A DNA stretch of 64,000 nt, taken from positions 35,004 to 99,003 of the forward strand of contig CALXRP010000003.1 in the NCBI GenBank assembly GCA_944390885.1, read 5' to 3'. Each line of letters opens with the position of its first letter. Position 1 is the stretch's first letter. The notes under the pieces were generated by a model, which did not search any database, was not told where the DNA came from, and saw nothing but the letters and a program-made list of their open reading frames with translations. Positions 8,674 to 18,800 of the stretch are shown piece by piece. A program made the translations under genes and the position numbers. Source of the DNA: an uncultured Alphaproteobacteria bacterium. GTDB taxonomy: Bacteria > Pseudomonadota > Alphaproteobacteria > RF32 > CAG-239.

Positions 8674-8877
8674 ATGGCAGAGGAACGGTTTAAAGAAACA
8701 TTTGAAAAGGTTATGCCTTATATCCGGGTTGGTTTTAAGCTGGCAGGATGGCTTTTATGTGCCATTATTCTTATCTATATGCTCATTGCCCCTTTTGCCG
8801 AAATGTTCGGATATGAGCCGCCGTTTGATTTCAGCAGGTTCGGCTTTATCCGTTGGCTTTATGACATTCCGAAATAA
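8674..8877 (+). CDS. Small membrane protein, hypothetical (67 aa)
   Basis: Single hydrophobic helix (WLLCAIILIYMLIAPF). RBS ggaag-aaagg upstream. Overlapping alternative ORF 8702..8914 is less plausible. Confidence 0.3.
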   Translation: MAEERFKETFEKVMPYIRVGFKLAGWLLCAIILIYMLIAPFAEMFGYEPPFDFSRFGFIRWLYDIPK

Positions 8878-8908
8878 AAAGGGAGAACTCTCGCCCTCCC
8901 CTTTTGTT

Positions 8909-10702
8909 TTATAGCTTTAATTTTTTATCAAGCCGTTCCAGCTCATCTATATAACCAGAAATCAGGCTCAGCCCTTTATTCCAAAATTCCGGACTCTTGG
9001 CATCCAGGCCGAAAGGTTTGAGCAGCTGGTCATATTTCTTGCTGCCGGTATGAGCCAGCATATCAAGATATTTGTCTTCAAAATTCTTAACCGAACCTTC
9101 CTGATAGACCTGATACAGAGAATTGACCAGGCAATCGGCAAAAGAATAGGCGTAGACATAAAATGGCAAAAAGAAGAAATGTCCGACCTGCGACCAGATA
9201 TGGGCAGAGTTCTCATCAACCACCACAGACGGGCCGAGGCAGGCTCTCATCTCCTCAACCCAGATTTGGCACAAGCGTTCATCGGAAAGTTCGCCGTTTT
9301 TGCGCTCATTATGGGCACGGGTTTCAAAAAAGTGAAAACTGATCTGGCGCAACGCGGTATTAATCATATCGTTTACTTTGCCGGCAATCAGACAGAGTTT
9401 GTCTTTGTCATCTTTGGTCTGGCGCAGCAGCGACTGGAAAGTGACCATTTCGCCAAAAACGGAAGCAACTTCCGCCAACGTCATCGGCATATCGTCGTTC
9501 AGAGCCCCCTGAGCCTTGCTCAGGCGCATATGGCAGCCGTGTCCGAGTTCGTGCGCCAAGGTCAGAACGTCGTTTTGTTTGCCGACAAAGTTCAAAAACA
9601 GGTACGGGTGCATTTCATTGGAGCAGGAATGCGCAAAGGCGCCGCTTCTTTTGCCGTCGCGCGGCGGAACGTCGATCCAGTCGTTTTTGAAAAAGTCAAC
9701 CGCCTGCGCATGGAGCTTGGGTGAAAATTCGTGATAAGCGTTCAGCACGGTATCAACAGCTTCTTTCCAGCTGTAATGCGTATCATGACAGAAAGGCAGC
9801 GGGGCGTTTCTGTCCCAGTACTGAATCTTTTTAACGCCGAGCCATTTGGCCTTGAGTTTGTAAAAGCGGTGCGAAATTTCGGCATATTTATTGCGCACGG
9901 ATTCAGCCAGTGCTTCAACCGCCGCGTCTTCCACATTCTCGGCCAGATTGCGTTCGGCTATCGGCGTTTTGAAACCGCGTTTGGCGTCTTCCGTTGCCTT
10001 ATCTTTAATGACCATATTGTAGATAAAGGAATACAGCGCAGAATTTTCTTTGCTGACGCGATTGAGCTCTTTTCCGGCTTTTTCCCTGACTTTCGGATCT
10101 TTATCCAGCAAAAGTTTGCTGATTTCGGCGTCGTTGTAATTTTTGCCGTCGACGGTATAAACCAGGCGCGACGAGCTTTCTTCATACAGCCGCACCCAGG
10201 CGCTGCCGGAGGTTAGTGATTTTTCCAGCAAAAGCTCTTCCAGTTCCTCAGAAAGCTCATATTTCTTAAAACGGCGGACGCGTTCCAGCCACGGTTTGTA
10301 AAAAGCAACGGCTTTGTCTTTCAACAGTTCTTTGACCTGAGTATCGGAAAGTTTGTTGATTTCCAGCGTAAAGAAAACAACCGGCTTGCCATAATCGGTA
10401 AGTTTTTCGCTGATGGTCTGATAAAAGGCCACGGCTTTGGCATTTTTCATCTGGGTATTCATATTCAGGCTGGCAAAGCTGGCCAGATTTTCCGCCCTGA
10501 TTACCATTTTTTCATAAGTTTGCAGCATTTTGGCAAATTCCGCTGCGCTTAATCCGGCGATTTTACCTTTGTATTTTTTGGCAAAAGACAAGTTGTCTTT
10601 TTGGTATTTTTCCAAGTCTTTTTCTATGGCCGGATCATCTATACCTTTATACAAATCGCTCAAGTCCCAGCCGGGTAATTTTTCTTTTTTCTCTGCCATC
10701 AA
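8909..10702 (-). CDS. pepF: Oligoendopeptidase F (M3B family zinc metallopeptidase)
   Basis: 597 aa with the HEXXH zinc motif (LAHELGHGCH) and overall M3 fold-length. Plus-strand ORFs across this span are antisense artefacts. Confidence 0.85.
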   Translation of the reverse strand: MMAEKKEKLPGWDLSDLYKGIDDPAIEKDLEKYQKDNLSFAKKYKGKIAGLSAAEFAKMLQTYEKMVIRAENLASFASLNMNTQMKNAKAVAFYQTISEKLTDYGKPVVFFTLEINKLSDTQVKELLKDKAVAFYKPWLERVRRFKKYELSEELEELLLEKSLTSGSAWVRLYEESSSRLVYTVDGKNYNDAEISKLLLDKDPKVREKAGKELNRVSKENSALYSFIYNMVIKDKATEDAKRGFKTPIAERNLAENVEDAAVEALAESVRNKYAEISHRFYKLKAKWLGVKKIQYWDRNAPLPFCHDTHYSWKEAVDTVLNAYHEFSPKLHAQAVDFFKNDWIDVPPRDGKRSGAFAHSCSNEMHPYLFLNFVGKQNDVLTLAHELGHGCHMRLSKAQGALNDDMPMTLAEVASVFGEMVTFQSLLRQTKDDKDKLCLIAGKVNDMINTALRQISFHFFETRAHNERKNGELSDERLCQIWVEEMRACLGPSVVVDENSAHIWSQVGHFFFLPFYVYAYSFADCLVNSLYQVYQEGSVKNFEDKYLDMLAHTGSKKYDQLLKPFGLDAKSPEFWNKGLSLISGYIDELERLDKKLKL

Positions 10703-11115
10703 ATATCCCCTTTCATTTCTTTTAAGCGGCGCATTGTTTCCCGCATATCGGGATGCGCCTGATAATATTCTTCCTGTCCGTCAAGATATTCGTCTTCTTC
10801 CGGAGCGGACAAATCGGGTGTAAAATAATAGTTGCTCCACGGGCGGGATTGTTCTCCCCGCAGCCACATGCCCAAACCATCGGCAATCACGTTTACATCA
10901 CAGCCGGCGCCGGAAAGGACAGCTCCCAATGTGCAAAAAAAACGATTTTGCGAACAATTTTGGATTTCATCAGCCATTTCTTCCGTACAACGACTAAAGC
11001 CCCTGCTCTGATTGTCGTGATGCGGTGCAAAAGCCACGATCATAAAGAAGACCAAGAACCAAAAGATTATCAGTCCGATGAATATTCCAAACCAGTATTG
11101 CTTCAAAAAATGCAT
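10699..11115 (-). CDS. Hypothetical membrane-anchored protein (start taken at internal ATG 11113-11115)
   Basis: The ORF track extends to 11202, but that would overlap the upstream gene by 88 nt. The ATG at 11115 overlaps the upstream stop (TAATG), giving MHFLKQYWFGIFIGLIIFWFLVFFMIVAF with one TM helix. A 4-nt overlap with pepF suggests an operon. Confidence 0.4.
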   Translation of the reverse strand: MHFLKQYWFGIFIGLIIFWFLVFFMIVAFAPHHDNQSRGFSRCTEEMADEIQNCSQNRFFCTLGAVLSGAGCDVNVIADGLGMWLRGEQSRPWSNYYFTPDLSAPEEDEYLDGQEEYYQAHPDMRETMRRLKEMKGDI

Positions 11116-11873
11116 TATTTTCCTTCTCGGGCATCTAAGTATTTTTCCAACAAAGCCAACTCTTCGCGGGTATTGGCCCCGGCAACTTCTTCCGCACTGC
11201 ATTCAACCACGCCGCATTTCATCCCGCGGCGGTTGGCAATGCTGACGACATCTGTTAAATAATACTCACCGGCAGCGTTTTCATTACTGACCGCCCCCAA
11301 AAGCTCAAACATTTCCGAACTGTCAAAACACATGCAGCCGGAATTGCAAAGGTTAATTTGACGCTGTTCTTCCGTTGCATCTTTATATTCGACAATTTCT
11401 TTCAGTTCATTACCGTGCATAATCAGCCGGCCATAGCGTGCCGGATCTTCGGGACGAAAGCCCAAAACAACAACGGCATAGCCTTCTCTGCGCTTTTTGA
11501 CCGCTTTTAAAAACGTTTCTTTGGTGATAATCGGATTATCCCCGAAGATAACCAGCACATCGCCTTCAAAACCGCAGAGATTTTTGCGGGCAGCCAATAC
11601 GGCATGACCGGTGCCGAGTTGTTTTTCCTGAACGGCCGTTTCATATGGCGCAACTTCTTTGGCAACCATTCGTCCGTCGGGAGAAACAACCGTAATAATT
11701 TTATCTACGCCCATACTTTCCAACGTATTTAAAATATGGCGAATCATCGGCTTGCCTTTTAACGGCATCATCACTTTCGGAAGATCCGACTTCATACGGG
11801 TTCCCTTGCCGGCACCCAGAATAATGGCGGCGATCTTTTTGCTGTTATTCATTATCTTTTGTCTCCAATTCAA
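11115..11873 (-). CDS. Sugar-1-phosphate nucleotidyltransferase resembling the N-terminal uridylyltransferase domain of GlmU, with no acetyltransferase domain
   Basis: AAIILGAGKGTRMKSDLPKVMMPL, EKQLGTGHAV, EYKDATEEQRQINL and GEYYLTDV match GlmU N-domain motifs (AAGKGTRMYSDLPKV, QLGTGHA, EHKDATDEQRQI, GEYYITD). At 252 aa it lacks the left-handed beta-helix domain. Confidence 0.65.
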   Translation of the reverse strand: MNWRQKIMNNSKKIAAIILGAGKGTRMKSDLPKVMMPLKGKPMIRHILNTLESMGVDKIITVVSPDGRMVAKEVAPYETAVQEKQLGTGHAVLAARKNLCGFEGDVLVIFGDNPIITKETFLKAVKKRREGYAVVVLGFRPEDPARYGRLIMHGNELKEIVEYKDATEEQRQINLCNSGCMCFDSSEMFELLGAVSNENAAGEYYLTDVVSIANRRGMKCGVVECSAEEVAGANTREELALLEKYLDAREGK

Positions 11874-11912
11874 AAATTATGATAATTTTAATAATTCATA
11901 CGATACAATAAC

Positions 11913-14030
11913 ATGTATATCTATTTGGTTAACATAAGGCATTATTTTATGAGAAAACTTTTTTTTGCAATATATTTCATTGCAGCAGCTTTGACTACGG
12001 TGCATAACTCTTATGCCGGCACGCAGGAAGTTATCTCTCTGGAAGAAGCAAACCGGGTTCGGCAAAGCAGTCTTTTGCCGGATAACAGCGGTGCGTCTTC
12101 CGAGGTTAGTTTTTCTTCACCCAAGCAAATGTTTAATTATATGAAAAACCGCTTGAAAGGTGCGATTGTAACCAAATATGATCCGGAAAGCGCTTCTAAC
12201 GGCAGTACGGCAACCAGCGTGGAAGAAGATCCTCTGCCCCAAGACATGGAAGCTGAGAAATCTACTTTTCAAAAAATTTATGAAGATGCCATCAAACGTA
12301 TTGAAAATGAGGACAAGGCTGCTGCCCGCTCTCCTGCACCAATTCCCCAAATTTCCGAGCCGACACAAAAATCTGCCTCTCAATCTTCCGCTGACACCAT
12401 TGACATTTTATTGCCACCGTTTAACCAGCGGGCACGGGTTCCTGCTTTTGAGCATATTCCTTATTTGTTCTCCCGGATTGAGGTCTTGCCCGACGGTCTG
12501 CTCAAAATTGAGGAAACAATCATTGTTATTGCTAACGGACAAAAGCTCAAATCGCCGGTTGTTCTTCCTGTGCCTGACAACATTGTTTCGCGGGACGGAA
12601 AAATCCGCCAAAATGATGTCAGCGTTATCAGCGTGACCATTAACGATATGCCGGTAGAATATAAAGTGGACAAACAGGGCGGCTCAACTCTTTTAATGCC
12701 GGTAAAGAATTTTCCGCTGGAAAACGGTGTTTATCGTTATGTTTTTACCTATGTTGTTGATCGACAGGTTTCTTATTATCCCGACTATGACGAGGTTTAT
12801 TGGAATGTCAGCGGCAGCGCTTGGAACTTGGTTATTGCCCGCGCGGGAGCCTCTATTGTTCTGCCCAAAGGAAGCGAGCCCATTACCCAGAGTTTGGCTA
12901 TCGGTTATCCGGGACGCTTAAATGTTGATGATGTTACCATTACAAAAGACGCTCCAAATGTTATCGGCTTTGTGGCGAAAGTTCCGCTCTTTTTGGCCGA
13001 AGGAATGCATGTGTCGGTACAAATTCCTAAAGGCGTAATTACCCCGCCGACGTTTTCCAACAAAATTGCCTGGGCAATTGCTGATTATGGCGACATTATT
13101 TTTGCATTTGTCTGTCTGCTAGTTGTTCTCGGGGCTTATCTTGCTTCATGGAGATATATTCAGAAAAATCCATCCAAGCCCTCATTTTCTCTCAGAAAGA
13201 CGCCGATGATGCTGCGTTACCTGGCTAAAGGGACTTATGATAAAATCAGTTTCGGCGCCTTTTTGCTTGACTTATTCAAGAAGAATATCATTGATATCCA
13301 AAATGCCGACGGAAATATTTTGTTGGTTAAAAAGACAGATAATCTGAGGGTTTTGAACAAAAACGAACAACGAGCCGTTAATGAATTGTTCGGGAAAAAA
13401 GATGCTGTTTTACAGGTTAAGGACAATATCCTCAAGCTTAAACGCGCTTCCCGCTATATTGCACAGGATATGAAGGGAAAATTTAATCTTTTTGCCCTCA
13501 AACTGAACGCAGGATATCTGTTCTTCAGCATCGGGATGTTGATTTTGACGGAATGGTTTATTGCTTTGCTGTCGCTTGATACGTCGGAAGTTTTTCTTTC
13601 TTTGCTGGCAACAACATTGTCTTTCGGCTTTTATCTGATCTTTTTCAATATTCGCTGGAAAAACAAAATCATTAATTTTTTATGTAAGGCCTTTGCCGTT
13701 TTGTTTATGCTGCTGAGTTTTGTGATCTTTTGCGCCAAAGTCAGTTTATGGTCGGCACTGCTGCTTTGTGCAACAATGATCATTATTCTGTTTTTCAGCA
13801 AAAAATATACGCAAAGAAGCGGGCTTTTGCAGGGTAATATTCAAGATGCACGCGGGTATGCCGATTATCTGGCGCAAAACAGCGAAAACATTATGCTCGG
13901 GAAAGACTTTTTGAATCAACAAGCTAATATTCTGGCGTTGGAAATTGACCGCCATTATGCAAAAAAGACGCCTAATATCAAAGATTTTTACAAGCTTGAT
14001 ATTGCAAAAGAAATTATCAGCAAAATGTAA
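11913..14030 (+). CDS. DUF2207-family membrane protein (signal peptide, extracytoplasmic domain, C-terminal TM helices)
   Basis: Probable true start is MRKLFFAIYFIAAALTTVHNSYA at about 11949. Segments RIEVLPDGLLKIEETIIVIANG, YRYVFTYVV and YDEVYWNVSGSAWNLVI fit the DUF2207 N-domain pattern. Several C-terminal TM helices. Confidence 0.5.
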   Translation: MYIYLVNIRHYFMRKLFFAIYFIAAALTTVHNSYAGTQEVISLEEANRVRQSSLLPDNSGASSEVSFSSPKQMFNYMKNRLKGAIVTKYDPESASNGSTATSVEEDPLPQDMEAEKSTFQKIYEDAIKRIENEDKAAARSPAPIPQISEPTQKSASQSSADTIDILLPPFNQRARVPAFEHIPYLFSRIEVLPDGLLKIEETIIVIANGQKLKSPVVLPVPDNIVSRDGKIRQNDVSVISVTINDMPVEYKVDKQGGSTLLMPVKNFPLENGVYRYVFTYVVDRQVSYYPDYDEVYWNVSGSAWNLVIARAGASIVLPKGSEPITQSLAIGYPGRLNVDDVTITKDAPNVIGFVAKVPLFLAEGMHVSVQIPKGVITPPTFSNKIAWAIADYGDIIFAFVCLLVVLGAYLASWRYIQKNPSKPSFSLRKTPMMLRYLAKGTYDKISFGAFLLDLFKKNIIDIQNADGNILLVKKTDNLRVLNKNEQRAVNELFGKKDAVLQVKDNILKLKRASRYIAQDMKGKFNLFALKLNAGYLFFSIGMLILTEWFIALLSLDTSEVFLSLLATTLSFGFYLIFFNIRWKNKIINFLCKAFAVLFMLLSFVIFCAKVSLWSALLLCATMIIILFFSKKYTQRSGLLQGNIQDARGYADYLAQNSENIMLGKDFLNQQANILALEIDRHYAKKTPNIKDFYKLDIAKEIISKM

Positions 14031-14161
14031 AAGGGAGGACAGAACCTCCCTCTTTGCACCAAATGTAGATGTTTCTCGGTGATAAGGCATCAGGCGGTTA
14101 TATCATCCTCTGGCTGTTAAAGAAAATCCCCAAACACCGGTTTGGGGACAAGAGCGCTAAC

Positions 14162-14983
14162 TTATTCATCCAAGGCGCGTGCTTCCGCATCTTCTGTTCG
14201 TTTGTTATCAAAGTAAACAAAGTACTGATACAAATGGGCATTGAATGACATTTTTACGGCCACATTCAAAAAAATAAGAATCAGGAATATGCCGGAAAAG
14301 ATCAGGCGCAAAACCAAACTGTCTGCCGCGATATTGCTGACAAACCCCAAAACCGTCATCAAAACGATTATCGGCAGGGTGATAACAATATTTCCCCAAA
14401 ATATCTTATTTGAATTTCCACGAGTGACTTCAAAAGATTTTTTTAGCGTCATATTTTCATTGTCCACCGCCGCGGCACTCAAAACCAGGCTTAAGCGTGA
14501 AAGCATTATCATTGCGATCAGAATTGCGACCAAAACCAACAAAAATATCTGTTTTGACATTACATCCTGATAAATATTGATATGCGCAGCCATGATCCCA
14601 ATAATCTGTCCGAAAATTACACCCGGGATCACATCTATCAATAACTGATACCCCAACACTTTGATTTCCCGTCCGCCAAAGCGCAAAGCAAACGGCCGCG
14701 GCGTATCTTTCAAAATTATAAACCGGGCAAATGCAACCATTACATAAACAGAAAAAAGCGTTGTCAAAGCCACGACGCCGATATAAGCCCCCTGCGTTGC
14801 CGTGCAGTTTTCCGTTTGTGTCAAAGAACAAAAAAGCGGCGTTCCAGCGACGGCTTCGTATCCGACAATCAAAACTCCCAGTATAATGATCGAAAATACG
14901 GTCTTTAAATTAACCAGAAAATATCCAAAACTCCGGCTCAGGCATTCCTGCCACGGCAAAATGATGATGTTTTCTTTATTCAT
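14162..14983 (-). CDS. Polytopic membrane protein, hypothetical
   Basis: 273-aa ORF with at least 6 hydrophobic helices. Overlaps the next ORF by 8 nt, suggesting an operon. Confidence 0.4.
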   Translation of the reverse strand: MNKENIIILPWQECLSRSFGYFLVNLKTVFSIIILGVLIVGYEAVAGTPLFCSLTQTENCTATQGAYIGVVALTTLFSVYVMVAFARFIILKDTPRPFALRFGGREIKVLGYQLLIDVIPGVIFGQIIGIMAAHINIYQDVMSKQIFLLVLVAILIAMIMLSRLSLVLSAAAVDNENMTLKKSFEVTRGNSNKIFWGNIVITLPIIVLMTVLGFVSNIAADSLVLRLIFSGIFLILIFLNVAVKMSFNAHLYQYFVYFDNKRTEDAEARALDE

Positions 14984-15845
14984 TGCATTTTTCTCCAGTT
15001 AAAAATAATTTCAGGCTATAGCTCAGTCCGGCCAGCCAGGCAGTTGCCATTAATATTAAAAAATCATAAATAAATTCTGACATAAAAGCAATATATAAAG
15101 GATGGGCTCCGGCTGTGCCGACATAACTTCCCGAAAGGCTGCCAGAAAGGTATACAAAAATCATCAGCATAAAAAACAATGAAATCAGAATTTTTAAATT
15201 ACTTCCGGAAGTCCGCCGCCAGATTTCCTTCCAACTCAAGCCGCTGCTTCCCAAAGCAGATTCTGCCAACAAAGACAACAGCCTGAGCCCAAAAAGCGGA
15301 ATAATAAACAGAACAAAGAAAAAAGCAAAAACCGTAACTTCTATCCGCCAATCCGGATTGGGCTGCCTTGATACCAGGTAGGAAAAAGAAATTATCGGGA
15401 AAATAAATAAACTCAAGAAACCGACAACCGTCAAAAATGTTTTGAAAAAACGACGTCCGGGTCTGAAGATAAGATTCAAGCTGAGCTTATCTCCGGAAAT
15501 CAGCCGCAGATAGCAGACCAAAAACCAAACACCTATGCCAAGTTTGAGTATAAAATCGGCAAGATAAAGACTGACAGAAGACGAACAATGAAAATCTCCC
15601 ACCTCGGATTGCAAAGTACAGATAAAATGGAAACCTGACAAGCAAGAAACAAGAGACATCAGACAACCAAATAAAAAAGCCAATCCGAGGAACCCGGAAA
15701 AAACATCTACAAAGAACCGATACGGATCCAGCAACAACGGCAAAAACTTTAACTTCGGCCAGCTTTTTTCGTTGGAATCTTTAGTTGATACAACCGGACA
15801 ACTTTGGCTGAACACAGAACAAAATTTGTTGAAAATATCTGCCAT
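14976..15845 (-). CDS. Polytopic membrane protein, hypothetical (possible paralogue of the previous)
   Basis: 289-aa ORF with multiple hydrophobic helices. Starts 2 nt after the dnaE stop. Confidence 0.4.
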   Translation of the reverse strand: MADIFNKFCSVFSQSCPVVSTKDSNEKSWPKLKFLPLLLDPYRFFVDVFSGFLGLAFLFGCLMSLVSCLSGFHFICTLQSEVGDFHCSSSVSLYLADFILKLGIGVWFLVCYLRLISGDKLSLNLIFRPGRRFFKTFLTVVGFLSLFIFPIISFSYLVSRQPNPDWRIEVTVFAFFFVLFIIPLFGLRLLSLLAESALGSSGLSWKEIWRRTSGSNLKILISLFFMLMIFVYLSGSLSGSYVGTAGAHPLYIAFMSEFIYDFLILMATAWLAGLSYSLKLFLTGEKCNE

Positions 15846-15846
15846 T

Positions 15847-18800
15847 TTACAGCTCCTTTACATAAGAAACACCCGGAAGCCCGCGGATTTTGCTCAAAAT
15901 ATCATTGGCAAAAGCGTAGCCTCCCGCCAGTTGGATACGGATATCCCAATCATTGTTTTCCGGTTTTAAATATATCTTATTAACGCCGTTTCTATCATGG
16001 CGCAGAATTTCTTTTAACGGCGCAACAGCCTCGACACTGTTCAGCCCGATGATCAGTCCGTTTACTCCGTCAGCAATTGCCTGATCCAGGGTTTCGACCG
16101 AATTAATCATAACCCGAGGGTTAGCGCCTTCTTCCTGCTTTTCAACCGTCACACCGACCAGAAGCGGCAGTCCTGAATTGATGGTGTCTTCATATTTTGC
16201 CAGCAAGTCAGAGAACAAAATTCCCTCAAAACCGCTGGATGCGTCCGACAAACCGAGAAAAGCATATTTGTTGCCGTTTTTGCTGATGCGCTTTTGAAAA
16301 GTAGTAACGCAGCCGGCCAGTTTGGCACGGACAGTGTCTCCGACCTTAACGCCGTTCATAACTTCCGCACAGCTTTTAACCCCCAAACGCTCCATGCCGG
16401 AACGATAGCTGTCTAACGGATGCGCCGAGAGGTAAAAGCCTACGGCCTCGGCCTCGAGTTTGAGTTTTTCCAATTCAGGCCAGTCGGGCTTTTCTGCCAG
16501 TTTGACTTTTGACTGGAGTTCTTCTGTCCCGAACAGAGAAGACTGCGAGCTGGTTTTCAGCTCATTGGCAGAAGAAATATGCTGCATAATCGTATCAACA
16601 TTGGCAAAAAGTTTGCCGCGGTTTTTCTCCAGGCAATCGAAAGCGCCGGCTTTAATCATATTTTCCAGCTGGCGGCGGTTGCTGTTGGCCAGCGGCATCC
16701 GGTGGATGAAATCAGAAATATCCTTAAACAGGCCGCCCTGTTTGCGGATCTCTTCAATTACTTTCATATTAGCCATACCCACGCCTTTAATCGCGGCCAG
16801 CGCATAACGAATATTACCGTCTTCCACCGTAAAGTCGGCGCCGGATTTATTGATGTCCGGCTGCAAAACCTTAATGCCCATTTTTTTACATTCTTCTTTG
16901 TAAAAAAGCAGCTTGTCGGTATTGGTGATATCAAACGCCATGATGGCGCACATAAACTCGACAGGATAATGCGCTTTCAGATAAGCGGTCTGGTATGAAA
17001 TCAGCGAATAGGCCGCGGCGTGAGATTTGTTAAAACCATAGGACGCAAATTTTTCCATCTGGTCAAAAATTTTGGTGGCGACGTCGGCGTCAATTCCTTT
17101 GGCAACGGCACCTTCGGTAAACATTTTGCGCTGTTTCGGAATCTCGTCGCGCATTTTTTTACCCATAACCTTACGCAGCTTATCCGCACCGCCCATCGTA
17201 TAGCCGCCCAGAGCCTGGGCAATTTTCATAACCTGTTCCTGATAAACCATAATGCCATAGGTTTCATCAAGAATCGGCGCAAGATCCGGGTGGAGATAAG
17301 TTATCTCTTCTTCGCCGTGCTTGCGGCGAATGTAGCTCGGAATATTGTCCATCGGCCCCGGGCGGTACAATGATACGATAGCGATCAAATCTTCAAAACG
17401 GTCCGGCTTGATTTGTTTGTGAACATCCTGCATACCGGCAGATTCAAACTGGAATACGCCGATTGTATCGCCCCGCTGCATCAGTTCATAAGTCGGCTTG
17501 TCATCAAGCGGAATATCACTCATAATCAGCTCGACGCCATAATCTTTTTTTACCCAATCGACGGCGCGCTGAATGACGGTGAGGGTTTTTAAGCCCAAGA
17601 AGTCAAACTTAATCAGGCCGGTTTCTTCAACAAATTTCATATCATACTGGGTAACCGGCATATCGGAGCGCGGATCTTTATACAGCGGTGTCAATTCTTC
17701 CAACGGACGGTCACCGATAACCACACCGGCGGCATGAACACCGGAGTGGCGGTATAAACCTTCCAATTTCATGGCGATGTCAAAAAGTTTGTTGACCTGC
17801 GGGTCGTTAACGCGCATTTCTTCCAATTCCGGCACCTGGTCGAGAGACTCCTGTAAGGTCGGATTTTTACCCTGAACGCCGGGAGGAATCATTTTACTGA
17901 TGCGGTCGGCCTGGGAATAAGGCATTTGCAAAACGCGGGCAACGTCGCGAATCACCGCCTTGGACTGTAGCTTACCGTAAGTAATAATCTGCGCGACATG
18001 ATCATAGCCGTATTTTTTTTGAACATATTCGATTGTTTTGCCGCGATTTTCCTGACAGAAGTCAACGTCAAAGTCCGGCATATTGACACGTTCCGGATTT
18101 AAGAAACGTTCAAACAGCAGGTTTAATTTTATCGGATCCAAGTCGGTAATCCGGAGCGACCAGGCAACAATTGAACCGGCACCGGAGCCACGTCCCGGCC
18201 CGACGGGAACGCCGTGGTCTTTTGACCATTGGATAAAGTCAGACACGATGAGAAAATATCCCGGGAAACCCATTTTTTTGATGACGCTTAACTCATATTC
18301 CAAGCGGGCGTAATATTCTTCATCAATTTTCTTGCGTTCTTCTTCCGTCATCTCCGGCGTATAAACCGTGGCTTCCATACGTTTCCGCAGTCCCAAATGC
18401 GCCTGTTCGTCAATATAGTCATCCTGGGTTTTGCCGTCCGGACATTCAAAAATCGGCAGCAGCGGGTTGACCTTTGAAGAAAGATAATTGCAGCGAATGG
18501 CAATGTTCACGGTATTTTGCACCGCTTCCGGCAGATCTTTGAACAGTTCAACCATTTCTTCCTGCGAGCGCAGGCGGTTGTTCGGCGAAAAACGTTTGCG
18601 GTTCGGGTTGGCAACAACTTCACCCGCGGCAATGCAAACCAGTGCGTCGTGCGCCTCGTACATGTCGGTATCAAAAAAGAAAGCCTCGTTGGTTGCCACC
18701 AGCGGAATATTGTATTTATAGGCCAAATCGATAAACGTATCTTCCGTCTTTTGTTCTTCTTCCAGGCCGATACGGGCTATTTCCATATATAAGCGGTCGC

